A DNA stretch of 64,000 nt, from assembly GCA_938015595.1 (NCBI GenBank), contig CALLPI010000010.1:214167-278166 (forward strand), read 5' to 3'. The translations under genes and the position numbers were made by a program. This document shows positions 1 through 8,602 of this stretch, piece after piece; the first letter of the stretch is position 1, and every line of letters begins with the position of its first letter. This DNA is from an uncultured Saprospiraceae bacterium (GTDB lineage Bacteria > Bacteroidota > Bacteroidia > Chitinophagales > Saprospiraceae). The notes beneath the pieces were generated by a model. It was given only the letters and a program-made list of their open reading frames with translations. It did no database searches and was not told the origin of the DNA.

Positions 1-134
1 TGGCCAGCCTCAGCCCAAGTAATTTGTTTCCAGGTACTTCCGTAGGGCTGCCTAAGAAAAACAGCATTCGGCTTTTGGCGCTCCCAGTCGTAGAAATAGT
101 TCAGGATGCTCTTCAGGTCGCTTGGCTTGTACAT
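1..134 (-). CDS. 5' end of an AMP-dependent synthetase/ligase-like gene (partial, runs off the left edge)
   Basis: Hand translation of the minus strand from the ATG at 134 gives MYKPSDLKSILNYFYDWERQKPNAVFLRQPYGSTWKQITWAEAG. This resembles the N-terminus of acyl-CoA synthetase-type adenylating enzymes. Only 44 codons are visible. Confidence 0.35.
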   Translation of the reverse strand, partial: MYKPSDLKSILNYFYDWERQKPNAVFLRQPYGSTWKQITWAEAG

Positions 135-158
135 ATCATGCTTTCATTTTGTTTGTTG

Positions 159-1343
159 TCATCCAGCAGTGAGATAGCCACCTTTAGCTTCAATATCTTG
201 AAAAATAGACCAGGCCTGCTGAGCAAAAAGCTCCGTAAGATTTTCTATGTAATAGCTGCCTGCCGCAGGGTCCACTACCCTATCCAGATGGCTTTCCATT
301 TGGAGGATGTGTTGCACATTACGAGCCATGCGCCGGGTGAAGGAGGTGCTCTCTTGCAGCAGAGCAGCATTGGCATTAAGTACATATACGATGTCTGAGC
401 CTCCAATAGCAGCCGACATGACCTGTGTAACTGCCTTAATCAGGTTTGTGTTGGGGTCTTTATCCTGCGACTCAGGTGCCAAATGTGCCTCCACCATAGC
501 CACATTGCTCTCCGATACACCGAAGGCCTCCAGTACATTGGCCCACAGCAAACGCAATGCCCGGAACTTGGCAATTTCCACAAAATAGCTCGTACTCACT
601 GTCATGGAAAACTGCAAATGCTGGTTGACCAGCGCCGCAGGGATACCACGCTGCTGCATCTGCGCCAGGTATTCAGCTGCTTTGGCTATGGTGTAGCCCA
701 ACTCCCAGGCCGTATTCTCTGGGCCAGAGTGCAGGCGGCGAGCGTTAATTTGTAATACCTTAAACTGAGGCATCACATCGACAGCAAAGCGAATCATATC
801 AGCCAGCATGTCGAAGGGCGGCTCTGGCCAGTCCAGAATGGGGTCGCAGTCAATAGAGCCCGTGATGTGTTGGGGTTTCACCCCCGCTTTTTGAGCTATG
901 CGATGAAACTGAAAAAGCAGTTTATGGGGGTCTTTGCCTGGGAAATACTGCCCGAAGTGGATGGAAATCATATGCAGATTTATCCCTTCCAGCAATTGGT
1001 TCATCTGGGTGTCGCTCAACTCCCGGCTGAATTGAAACAGCGGGGCCTGTGCGCCTCCTTCCAAGCCCTCTCGTATGTCTCTATTGGCTTTTTGTACGTC
1101 TTGCACCTCACAATACTCCCCAATTTCCCAGCGATTGGCAGGGTGTACTTTGAGTATGGCGGGCCATGCTTGAGCAGCATCTTCAGGATGGTAAAACGGC
1201 GCCACGATGATTTTCTCATCCAAGTCTAGATGCCAATACAGGTCTGCTATGGGTTTTCCTTTGAGTTCTTTTTCAATCTGGGCTATCCAGGCCTGCTTGG
1301 GCACGGCCGGAAATTCCTCGAATAAATACGCAGGCTGGCTCAT
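159..1343 (-). CDS. methylmalonyl-CoA mutase family protein (small/beta-subunit-like, substrate-barrel part only)
   Basis: 394-aa ORF with MCM-family stretches (YFVEIAKFRALRLLWANVLEAFGV, TQVMSAAIGGSD, DPAAGSYYIENLT). It ends before any B12-binding domain. Confidence 0.7.
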   Translation of the reverse strand: MSQPAYLFEEFPAVPKQAWIAQIEKELKGKPIADLYWHLDLDEKIIVAPFYHPEDAAQAWPAILKVHPANRWEIGEYCEVQDVQKANRDIREGLEGGAQAPLFQFSRELSDTQMNQLLEGINLHMISIHFGQYFPGKDPHKLLFQFHRIAQKAGVKPQHITGSIDCDPILDWPEPPFDMLADMIRFAVDVMPQFKVLQINARRLHSGPENTAWELGYTIAKAAEYLAQMQQRGIPAALVNQHLQFSMTVSTSYFVEIAKFRALRLLWANVLEAFGVSESNVAMVEAHLAPESQDKDPNTNLIKAVTQVMSAAIGGSDIVYVLNANAALLQESTSFTRRMARNVQHILQMESHLDRVVDPAAGSYYIENLTELFAQQAWSIFQDIEAKGGYLTAG

Positions 1344-1442
1344 AGTAATAACTTTCGCTCACGTGGGGTAAAGTTAAGGTATAAGCATGGGTTGATGATA
1401 AAAATTACCAAATTTTCTTCTACGCTATCGTAACTTTGAGGC

Positions 1443-1691
1443 ATGAACCGCCTACTCAAGATGCTCTTCATCTTTCCTATCCGGCTGTACCAGTGGATGT
1501 TATCTCCGATACTGGGCAAAAACTGCCGCTTTGAACCCACTTGCTCTAACTACATGATTCAGGCCATTGAAGAATGGGGCGCACTCAAAGGACTCTGGCT
1601 AGGACTGAAGCGCATATTCCGCTGCCATCCCTGGGGTAGCTGGGGGCCTGATCCTGTACCTCGAAATCCTAACCGCAAGAAAGGCAAATAA
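1443..1691 (+). CDS. yidD: membrane protein insertion efficiency factor YidD
   Basis: 82 aa containing the YidD signature [38 protein letters not shown]. Confidence 0.9.
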   Translation: MNRLLKMLFIFPIRLYQWMLSPILGKNCRFEPTCSNYMIQAIEEWGALKGLWLGLKRIFRCHPWGSWGPDPVPRNPNRKKGK

Positions 1692-1747
1692 AAAGCAATT
1701 GCAAGAGCTGTCAATCTACAACTCAACGTTGTTGCCAGGTCGTTCAA

Positions 1748-2506
1748 TCACTCCCCCAGCACCAGGGCCTGCTCCAGATTATCCATGATAAAACGAGCCA
1801 CGTTCATATCATTGGTGTGGTCCTGTCGTATGCTGCGAAAGTCCAGGAAGATATTTTGTGGGGTGACCAACACGCGGCGCAAGTCCACCTCAAAAGGAAT
1901 GTGCAAGGTTTCGCCGGCTTTTACCGTCAAACTTTTGTCGAAGGTTTTTGTCCGGTACAAAGAGTTGGCACCGATGTGGAAAGTAAGCTTGGCATTTTCG
2001 TTGAAGTTGCCGTCGCCGTCCAGGTCAGCATTGCCCTCAATCCTAGTGAAGATATAACCTAGCGCCCATGACCAGTAGTTGTCGGTGAGCGGATGGCCGG
2101 GCTTGTAGTCACCGGGCTGCGTACTGTTGAGCGCTGGTGCTACGCCTATGCCCAAGCGAATGCCTTTGTAATTGCCTGATGGTATGTTAGATTTGGAGAT
2201 CTGAACGCCTCTTTGAGCAGCGGCATCATCTTGGATATTTTTGAAGGAAATCAACTCAACTTCTGAAATTTTTTGCGCTGAGCCGTCTTCCTTGATGAGT
2301 TCCACATCAGATAAGTAAAACAGAAAATTCTGGAAGCGTACATTCATACCCTCAGGATAGGCGTATGCGCGGGTAAACATGGTCAGCGGCGCAGCGCCGA
2401 AGCGAGCTTTAAACTGGAGACTGACAGAGGCAGCCTCGCTATTGTCGTTGCCGCAGGCAGCGACCAAGAGGACGGTGAGGGATACAACCCAAGCCAATGT
2501 GCGCAT
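1748..2506 (-). CDS. MbnP-like lipoprotein (function unknown)
   Basis: Lipobox signal peptide (LLVAAC). FQNFLFYLSDVELIKEDGS and NYWSWALGYIFTRIEG..FHIG match, from memory, the conserved blocks of the MbnP family. Confidence 0.45.
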   Translation of the reverse strand: MRTLAWVVSLTVLLVAACGNDNSEAASVSLQFKARFGAAPLTMFTRAYAYPEGMNVRFQNFLFYLSDVELIKEDGSAQKISEVELISFKNIQDDAAAQRGVQISKSNIPSGNYKGIRLGIGVAPALNSTQPGDYKPGHPLTDNYWSWALGYIFTRIEGNADLDGDGNFNENAKLTFHIGANSLYRTKTFDKSLTVKAGETLHIPFEVDLRRVLVTPQNIFLDFRSIRQDHTNDMNVARFIMDNLEQALVLGE

Positions 2507-2518
2507 AGTGGTGAAATT

Positions 2519-3421
2519 TTAGTTTAGAGAATAGCGGAATCCCGTCACTGCAAAAGCGCTGGGCGAACGAGCTATCCATTTGGTTAACACCTGCGATGGA
2601 GACTGGGTTGAAGGCGAAATGTCGCGTAACCAACTAAGATAATCAATGCGGACGTCTAGTTCAAGGTTGTAACCTGGAGGCACATTCACATCCAGGGGTA
2701 TTTCAATCATCTGGTGGTCGGTAGCACGGCGTGTACTGACAACCAGGCTATCGGAGCCAGTCAGGCCCAGCAAAAGTTTCATGCGCTGAAACTCAAAGCC
2801 CTCTGCTTGGCTCCAGTCCAAGCCAGAAGATGTCGGGCGCAAGGGATGTACCGCAGGCAAGGAGGCAGGATCAACATTCGCTACCCCCTCGGTCAGCCCA
2901 ATGCGAAACCGCAAGGCGCTAAATCGCCCCGAAGCCCTTATCGTGCCAGCGGATAGCCTGGAACTCAAAGAGGGTCTCATCAGCAGTACATCATTGGTAA
3001 TGCTATCGGGCTTGAGGCTGCCGTCAGGAGCAAATATGCGCACAGCCAAGCGATTGCTCATGGGCAGCTCAGCCCCATCGGGGCGAACCAAGCGAAAATC
3101 AGACAGCAAAAAACGGAGATCTTGCACACGGTAGGGCTGGCTAGCAGCATCGAAGTAAACGGAGTCGGCCAGCTGAAAAGTTACTGCAGTATCAGGATAC
3201 ACAGTACGGTGCTGGAAAGTGAGCCGCAAACTGGGATAAGTACAGCAACTGCTGCAGGCTCTGTCGGCGTCCACGCTGAAGTTGTTGGCTCTTAAGTCCA
3301 GACAGCCTTCTCGCGGCTCGTAGCAGGCCGATATACCTATGGCCACAAAGGCCAAAAGGCTAGCGAGGCATAACTGGATCCTTGCTTTTAAGAGATTTCG
3401 ATGGCAGGCCACAGTAGTCAA
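2519..3421 (-). CDS. divergent MbnP-like lipoprotein paralog with an N-terminal Cys-rich motif
   Basis: Lipobox (GISAC), then GCLDLRANNFSVDADRACSSCCTYP. LRFLLSDFRLVRPDG and LDWSQAEGFEFQRMKL parallel the downstream paralog. Confidence 0.35.
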   Translation of the reverse strand: MTTVACHRNLLKARIQLCLASLLAFVAIGISACYEPREGCLDLRANNFSVDADRACSSCCTYPSLRLTFQHRTVYPDTAVTFQLADSVYFDAASQPYRVQDLRFLLSDFRLVRPDGAELPMSNRLAVRIFAPDGSLKPDSITNDVLLMRPSLSSRLSAGTIRASGRFSALRFRIGLTEGVANVDPASLPAVHPLRPTSSGLDWSQAEGFEFQRMKLLLGLTGSDSLVVSTRRATDHQMIEIPLDVNVPPGYNLELDVRIDYLSWLRDISPSTQSPSQVLTKWIARSPSAFAVTGFRYSLN

Positions 3422-3425
3422 TTCA

Positions 3426-4877
3426 TTATTGCGTCCAGGTGGTAAAAAACCATTTGATCATAGGCTCAGTAAACACAGCAATGATGAGGATGGCAATGAT
3501 ATTGAGCCAAAAACCTGTCCGCACCATCTGCACTACACTTACATGACCACTAGCAAATATAATGGCATTGGGCGGCGTGGACATGGGCAGCATGAAGGCG
3601 CAACTAGCTGCCAGCGTCACCGGCATCAACACAAGGATGGGGTCTATGCCCGCTCCCAGTGCTACACCACCCACCACAGGGAGAAAAATGCTAACCAGTG
3701 CCACATTCGACATGACCTCAGTAAGGTAAAGCGATACGGCCGTCAGCCCCAGGATAATGAGCAGACTAGCAGTTTGTACACCCTCAAACTGATGGCCGAT
3801 GAGGTCTATGATGCCTGTTTTTGACAGTGATTCGGCCAAGCTAAGCCCTCCGCCAAACAGCAGCAGTATGCCCCACGGCAAGCGCTGGGTGTCGCGCCAT
3901 TGCAAAATAAACTCCCCCTTGCGGAAATTCAGTGGAAAAAGAAACAGCGCTATTGCACCTGTCAATGCTATGCCTTCGTCGTTCAGGCGCAAGCCCGGAA
4001 CCAACCGGTTCAGCAATCCGCTGAACACCCACAGCGCAGCTGTGCAAGCAAATATAATAAGCGTGCTGCGCTCGCCCGGCGTAATCTGCCCCAACTGATC
4101 TAACTCCTCCCGGATGAGTTCCCTACCGCCTTCAAACCGCCCCAGTCGGTTGGGATGCGCCACTTTGACCAACATGAAGTACACAACCAACAGCAGCACG
4201 ATAGAAAATGGCAGACCTATCAGCATCCACTCGCCAAAGCCGATCTCATAGCCGTATTGGTCACGTACAAAGCCCTTGAGCACCACGTTGGGCGGCGTGC
4301 CTATGATGGTGGCCATACCGCCTATACTAGAACAATAAGCTATACCGAGCATCATAGTGAGGGCAAAATTGCGCACGCCTTGCGCCGGGTACTTATCTGC
4401 ATCGCGGGTCAGCAAGTCAATGACAGACACAGCAATAGGCAGCATCATTACTGCGGTGGCTGTGTTGCTGATCCACATGCTTAGAAAGGCCGTAGCCAGC
4501 ATAAAGCCTAGCAGTATGCCGTTGGCGTTAGCGCCCGTCAGGCGTATGATGTTGAGTGCTATGCGGCGGTGCAATTGCCACTTCTCCATAGCCAGAGCAA
4601 TCATAAAGCCACCCATGAACAAGAACACTACTGGATTGGCATACGGTGCTGCTGCCTCCTTAATGGTGCTGACACCTAGCAGAGGCATGAGAATGATGGG
4701 CAACAACGACGTCACCGGTATAGGTACGGCTTCCGTCACCCACCAGAGGATCATCAGCGAAGCTACGGCCAGCACACGCCACGCTTCGGGCGATATACCC
4801 TTCGGAGCAGGCAGCAACAGCAGCAATAACCATATTGCAGGCCCGAGGAAAATGCCAATTTTCTTTGCCGTGGTCAT
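3426..4877 (-). CDS. DASS/SLC13-family sodium-coupled anion (di/tricarboxylate or sulfate) symporter
   Basis: 483-aa polytopic membrane protein with SNTATAVMMLPI and STPPNAIIF motifs typical of DASS permeases. Confidence 0.85.
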   Translation of the reverse strand: MTTAKKIGIFLGPAIWLLLLLLPAPKGISPEAWRVLAVASLMILWWVTEAVPIPVTSLLPIILMPLLGVSTIKEAAAPYANPVVFLFMGGFMIALAMEKWQLHRRIALNIIRLTGANANGILLGFMLATAFLSMWISNTATAVMMLPIAVSVIDLLTRDADKYPAQGVRNFALTMMLGIAYCSSIGGMATIIGTPPNVVLKGFVRDQYGYEIGFGEWMLIGLPFSIVLLLVVYFMLVKVAHPNRLGRFEGGRELIREELDQLGQITPGERSTLIIFACTAALWVFSGLLNRLVPGLRLNDEGIALTGAIALFLFPLNFRKGEFILQWRDTQRLPWGILLLFGGGLSLAESLSKTGIIDLIGHQFEGVQTASLLIILGLTAVSLYLTEVMSNVALVSIFLPVVGGVALGAGIDPILVLMPVTLAASCAFMLPMSTPPNAIIFASGHVSVVQMVRTGFWLNIIAILIIAVFTEPMIKWFFTTWTQ

Positions 4878-4909
4878 CGTATCCCAAAGGTAGTATTTTC
4901 TCTGGTATC

Positions 4910-6008
4910 TTACTCTTGCTCTGGCACGGGTTCGCCGTGGTGCATGAGGAAGGCCTTGAGAAAATCGTCCAGATCACCATCCAGTACAGCGTCGGTCTGG
5001 CTGGTTTGATGGCCGGTGCGGTGGTCTTTCACGCGGCGATCGTCCAATACGTAGCTGCGAATCTGGGAGCCCCACTCGTTTTTCATCTTGGAGGCCTCAA
5101 TTTTGCCCCGCGCTTCCAGGCGTTTTTGCAATTCCAGTTCATACAGGTGCGACTTTAGCATTTGCATAGCCTTGTCGCGGTTCTGGTGCTGGGAGCGCTC
5201 TTGCTGGCACTCTACCACAATACCTGTGGGCAAGTGGCGCACGCGCACTGCTGATTCAGTTTTGTTCACGTGCTGACCACCGGCGCCGCTGGAGCGGAAG
5301 GTGTCCCATTCCAGGTCGGCGGGATTTACTTCCACTTCGATGCGTTCGTCCACCAGAGGATGTACGAACACGCTGGCAAAAGAAGTCATGCGCTTACCCT
5401 GGGCATTGTAGGGGCTGACCCGCACTAGGCGGTGCACGCCGTTTTCGCCCTTGAGCAAGCCATAGGCAAAGTCACCGGCAATTTCCAATTCTACGGAGCG
5501 TATGCCGGCCACGTCACCGTCCACCCGATTGAGTTCGCTCACTTTAAAGCCTTTTTTCTCGGCCCACATCTGGTACATGCGTAGGAGCATCTCAGCCCAG
5601 TCGCAGGCTTCAGTACCGCCGGCACCGGCGTTGATCTCTAGTATGCAGCCCAGTTCATCTTCGGGCTGGTTGAGAGTAGAGCGAAACTCCAAGTCATCCA
5701 CAGCAGCCAAGGCTTCGGCATACTTGGCGTCCACTTCTTCCTCAGTGGCTTGCTCTTCCCGGAAGAAATCCAGCAAAAGCTCGGCGTCGTCCACCACGGT
5801 TTCTACCTCACGGTATTTGGCCACCCAGTTTTTGGAGCTTTTGATGGTTTTGAGTATGCTCTCAGCCTTTTTTGGGTCAGTCCAGAAGTTTGGATCCAGT
5901 GTTTGTTGCTCGAGGTCTTCGATGCGCAGAAGTCGTTCATCTACGTCAAAGATACCTCCTCAAAGCGACAAGCCGGTCCCGAAGGTCTCTCAATTGCTCG
6001 TTCGTCAT
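4910..6008 (-). CDS. prfB: peptide chain release factor 2, requiring a programmed +1 frameshift
   Basis: The track ORF 4910..5824 carries GGQHVNKTESAVR. The N-terminus is supplied by ATG at 6008 (MTNEQLRDLRDRLVALRRYL), followed by an in-frame TGA at 5946-5948. Shifting +1 reads GAC and continues in the frame of the 4910..5824 ORF, for 365 aa in total. Confidence 0.9.
5945..5966 (-). promoter_or_regulatory. RF2 autoregulatory +1 frameshift site (AGGAGG .. CTT TGA C)
   Basis: The minus strand reads GAGGAGGTATCTTTGAC, an internal Shine-Dalgarno-like AGGAGG a few nt before the slippery CTT-TGA-C. Confidence 0.85.
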
Positions 6009-6023
6009 CGTGTTTTGAGTTAG

Positions 6024-6875
6024 TTAATTCACAGAAACTACTTCGATATAAAATACCAGGTCAGTATTGGGCGGGATAACCGGAGGAGCGCCCTGGTCGC
6101 CGTATCCGAGCTTGGAGGGGATGAGCAGCAGCGCTTTGCCCCCTTGATTGAGCAAGTCCACGCCCTCTGTCCAGCCGGCAATCAGGCCAGGTTCGCCCAG
6201 TACAAAACCCAGAGGTTCGCCTCTTCTAAAAGAGGTATCAAAGAGCGTACCGTCGGGCAGTGCGCCATAGTAATGCACGCTCACCTCGCTTCCTGGGTTG
6301 GTAGCAGGGCCAGTACCTTGCTCGAGGATGAGGTATTTCAGGCCTGACGTAGCGGTTTGGAGATTGGCCGGCCCGCTGGTTTGGCCTAAAGCAGCAATAA
6401 ACTCATCCACTTTGGCTTTCACTTCATCAGTGTTTTTTTCCAGGTCCGCTTTTCTTTTGAGGCTGACTACAGTAATAGTGTAGCGTATTTCTTTGGCATC
6501 TTCAAAGCCCATTGGCTTTTGAGGCAGGGTATCCAGCTCCCACACCACAGTAGCGCTGTCGCCAGGGCTAAGCAGCATAATCAAGTCGAGGTGAGGAGGA
6601 AAAGGCTCACCCTGCATTTCCTCGGCAGTCGGAATGGGGATCGTAGGTATTTTCGACTCCTGGCTGCGCGAGTTGTAGTAAATCGAGTCGGAGCCATCAC
6701 GACGCACAGTAACATGAAAAGAGACGACATCTCCAGCCTGGGGTGTGTCTCCTGGGTTGTCCAGGTGCATGATGTAGCGATACCCTGCTGGAGTTCGGGC
6801 ATAATTTTCGCCTTTTTTGTTGCAGGCCATAAACAGCACCAGCAAGGCGGGAATGAATAGCAAAAGACTTTTCAT
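6024..6875 (-). CDS. FKBP-type peptidyl-prolyl cis-trans isomerase lipoprotein
   Basis: Lipobox (LFMAC). The C-terminal FKBP domain reads VHYYGALPDGTLFDTSFRRGEPLGFVLGEPGLIAGWTEG...LLIPSKLGYG. Confidence 0.85.
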   Translation of the reverse strand: MKSLLLFIPALLVLFMACNKKGENYARTPAGYRYIMHLDNPGDTPQAGDVVSFHVTVRRDGSDSIYYNSRSQESKIPTIPIPTAEEMQGEPFPPHLDLIMLLSPGDSATVVWELDTLPQKPMGFEDAKEIRYTITVVSLKRKADLEKNTDEVKAKVDEFIAALGQTSGPANLQTATSGLKYLILEQGTGPATNPGSEVSVHYYGALPDGTLFDTSFRRGEPLGFVLGEPGLIAGWTEGVDLLNQGGKALLLIPSKLGYGDQGAPPVIPPNTDLVFYIEVVSVN

Positions 6876-6927
6876 AAGCGTATATTAATGAAATGGTAAA
6901 GTGACTAGTGATGCCAAACTCGCCTCG

Positions 6928-7944
6928 TCAACACAAATTCACGGCTTGCAGGGCTTCTTTGTACTGCGGAAGCACTTCCTTGAATCTGCGTACAGTGGCC
7001 TTGAGGCTTTGGAAAGCAAATCCGCCAGCAGCATTGCGGTGGCCACCTCCCTTGAAGTACTGGCGGGCAATTTCCTGCACGGAGAAGTCGCCCTTAGAAC
7101 GCAACGATATTTTGACGATGGTAGGCTGCTCGGTGATGAACACGCCCATGACGACGTTGCGTAGCTTGAGCATGTAGTTGACGATGCCTTCGGTTTCGCC
7201 GCGCACGATGTCAAAGGTTTCATAATCTTCTTTAGACAAGGTGATAATGGCAGTGCGATACTCTGGCAACACCTCCAGCCGATTGTACAGACAGTACCCC
7301 AGCAGCCGGAGCTGTTTTTCTTCCAAGCTGTTGAAGATTAGGTCTTGCAAGCGGTAGTCGTCCACGCCCATCTCGAGTAGTTCTGCTACGATGCGAAACA
7401 GCCTGGCAGAAGTGCTGTACTTGAACGAGCCGGTATCGGTCACAATACCGGTGTAGATGCACTCTGCAGCGTGCAGACTCATGCTAGCTTTGTGCCCCAT
7501 ACGGTCAATGAACTCGAAAACGAGTTCCGAGGTAGAACTGGCCGAGGTATCAGACAATATGTAATCGGTGAAAGATTCCGGATGCAAGTGATGGTCAATG
7601 AGGATTTTTTTACTCCTCAATGGCTGAATAATTTCGCCTACTTTGTCAATTCTGTCTAAGGAATTAAAATCCAGGCAAAAGATTATTTCGGCACGCTCGC
7701 AAATTTCTTTGACGTGTTCGGGATCGTTGTCGTATATCACTATGCGGGCTATGTCGGGCATCCACAGGAAAGCGTCCGGGTATTCTGAAGGCAAAATGAC
7801 GTGCACCGCATGGCCATGACCACAAAGGTAGTGATAAAGCGCTAAGGATGAACCTATTGCATCTCCGTCGGGGTTCCGGTGAGAAATGATCGCTATATCC
7901 TTTGGTGCAGACAGGAGCCGTTTTAGTTCATGCAAATTCTTCAT
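6928..7944 (-). CDS. nrnA: DHH/DHHA1 phosphoesterase (NrnA-type oligoribonuclease/pAp phosphatase)
   Basis: Motifs HRNPDGDAIGS, ILIDHH and GGGHRNAAGG in a 338-aa protein. Confidence 0.75.
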   Translation of the reverse strand: MKNLHELKRLLSAPKDIAIISHRNPDGDAIGSSLALYHYLCGHGHAVHVILPSEYPDAFLWMPDIARIVIYDNDPEHVKEICERAEIIFCLDFNSLDRIDKVGEIIQPLRSKKILIDHHLHPESFTDYILSDTSASSTSELVFEFIDRMGHKASMSLHAAECIYTGIVTDTGSFKYSTSARLFRIVAELLEMGVDDYRLQDLIFNSLEEKQLRLLGYCLYNRLEVLPEYRTAIITLSKEDYETFDIVRGETEGIVNYMLKLRNVVMGVFITEQPTIVKISLRSKGDFSVQEIARQYFKGGGHRNAAGGFAFQSLKATVRRFKEVLPQYKEALQAVNLC

Positions 7945-8067
7945 GTACTCTCAAAATGAGGGGCGAAGTTCTAAAAAAATGCACATTCAGCCAAAATTAA
8001 TATGCACCTCATATGCGAAATATTACATATTGAGTAGCTTTGCCTTGTTTTTTAAACCAAACAATCT

Positions 8068-8487
8068 ATGGCAGGCAATATCACATTCACTATGATCAAG
8101 CCCGACGCAGTGCAGAGCGGGTATATTGGGGCTATTTTGGCCAAAATTAATGAGGCCGGCTTCCGCATAGTAGCTATGAAAATGACACAACTCTCTGCCC
8201 AAAAAGCCGGTGAGTTCTACGCTGTGCATAAGGAGCGTCCTTTTTACGGTGAGCTGGTCAGTTTTATGTCTTCCGGCCCTATTGTAGCGGCCATCCTGGA
8301 GAAGGACAACGCCGTGGAAGATTTTCGCACACTTATTGGCGCTACAGACCCAGCCAAAGCCGCCCCTGGCACTATACGTGCACTGTATGCCCGCAATGTA
8401 GGTGAAAACGCCATACATGGCTCTGACTCTGACGAGAATGCCGTTATCGAGAGCAGTTTCTTCTTCTCGGCGCTGGAGCGCTTCTGA
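8068..8487 (+). CDS. ndk: nucleoside-diphosphate kinase
   Basis: 139 aa with [18 protein letters not shown] and the overall NDK pattern. Confidence 0.95.
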   Translation: MAGNITFTMIKPDAVQSGYIGAILAKINEAGFRIVAMKMTQLSAQKAGEFYAVHKERPFYGELVSFMSSGPIVAAILEKDNAVEDFRTLIGATDPAKAAPGTIRALYARNVGENAIHGSDSDENAVIESSFFFSALERF

Positions 8488-8602
8488 AACCTAGATGGGT
8501 GCGGGGGGGGGCACAAGCCAGCTCGCCGCCCTCAAAGCCCCCCCCTTCGTCCAAACTACGTAGATTTTCACAAAAGACAGCCGGGGTTTGTCCTCCTCTC
8601 GC

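Noticed and set aside
24-398. A 124-aa plus-strand ORF at the left edge.
   Set aside because: It is antisense to the 3' end of the MCM-like gene and the 5' end of the ligase-like gene, and it has no motifs.
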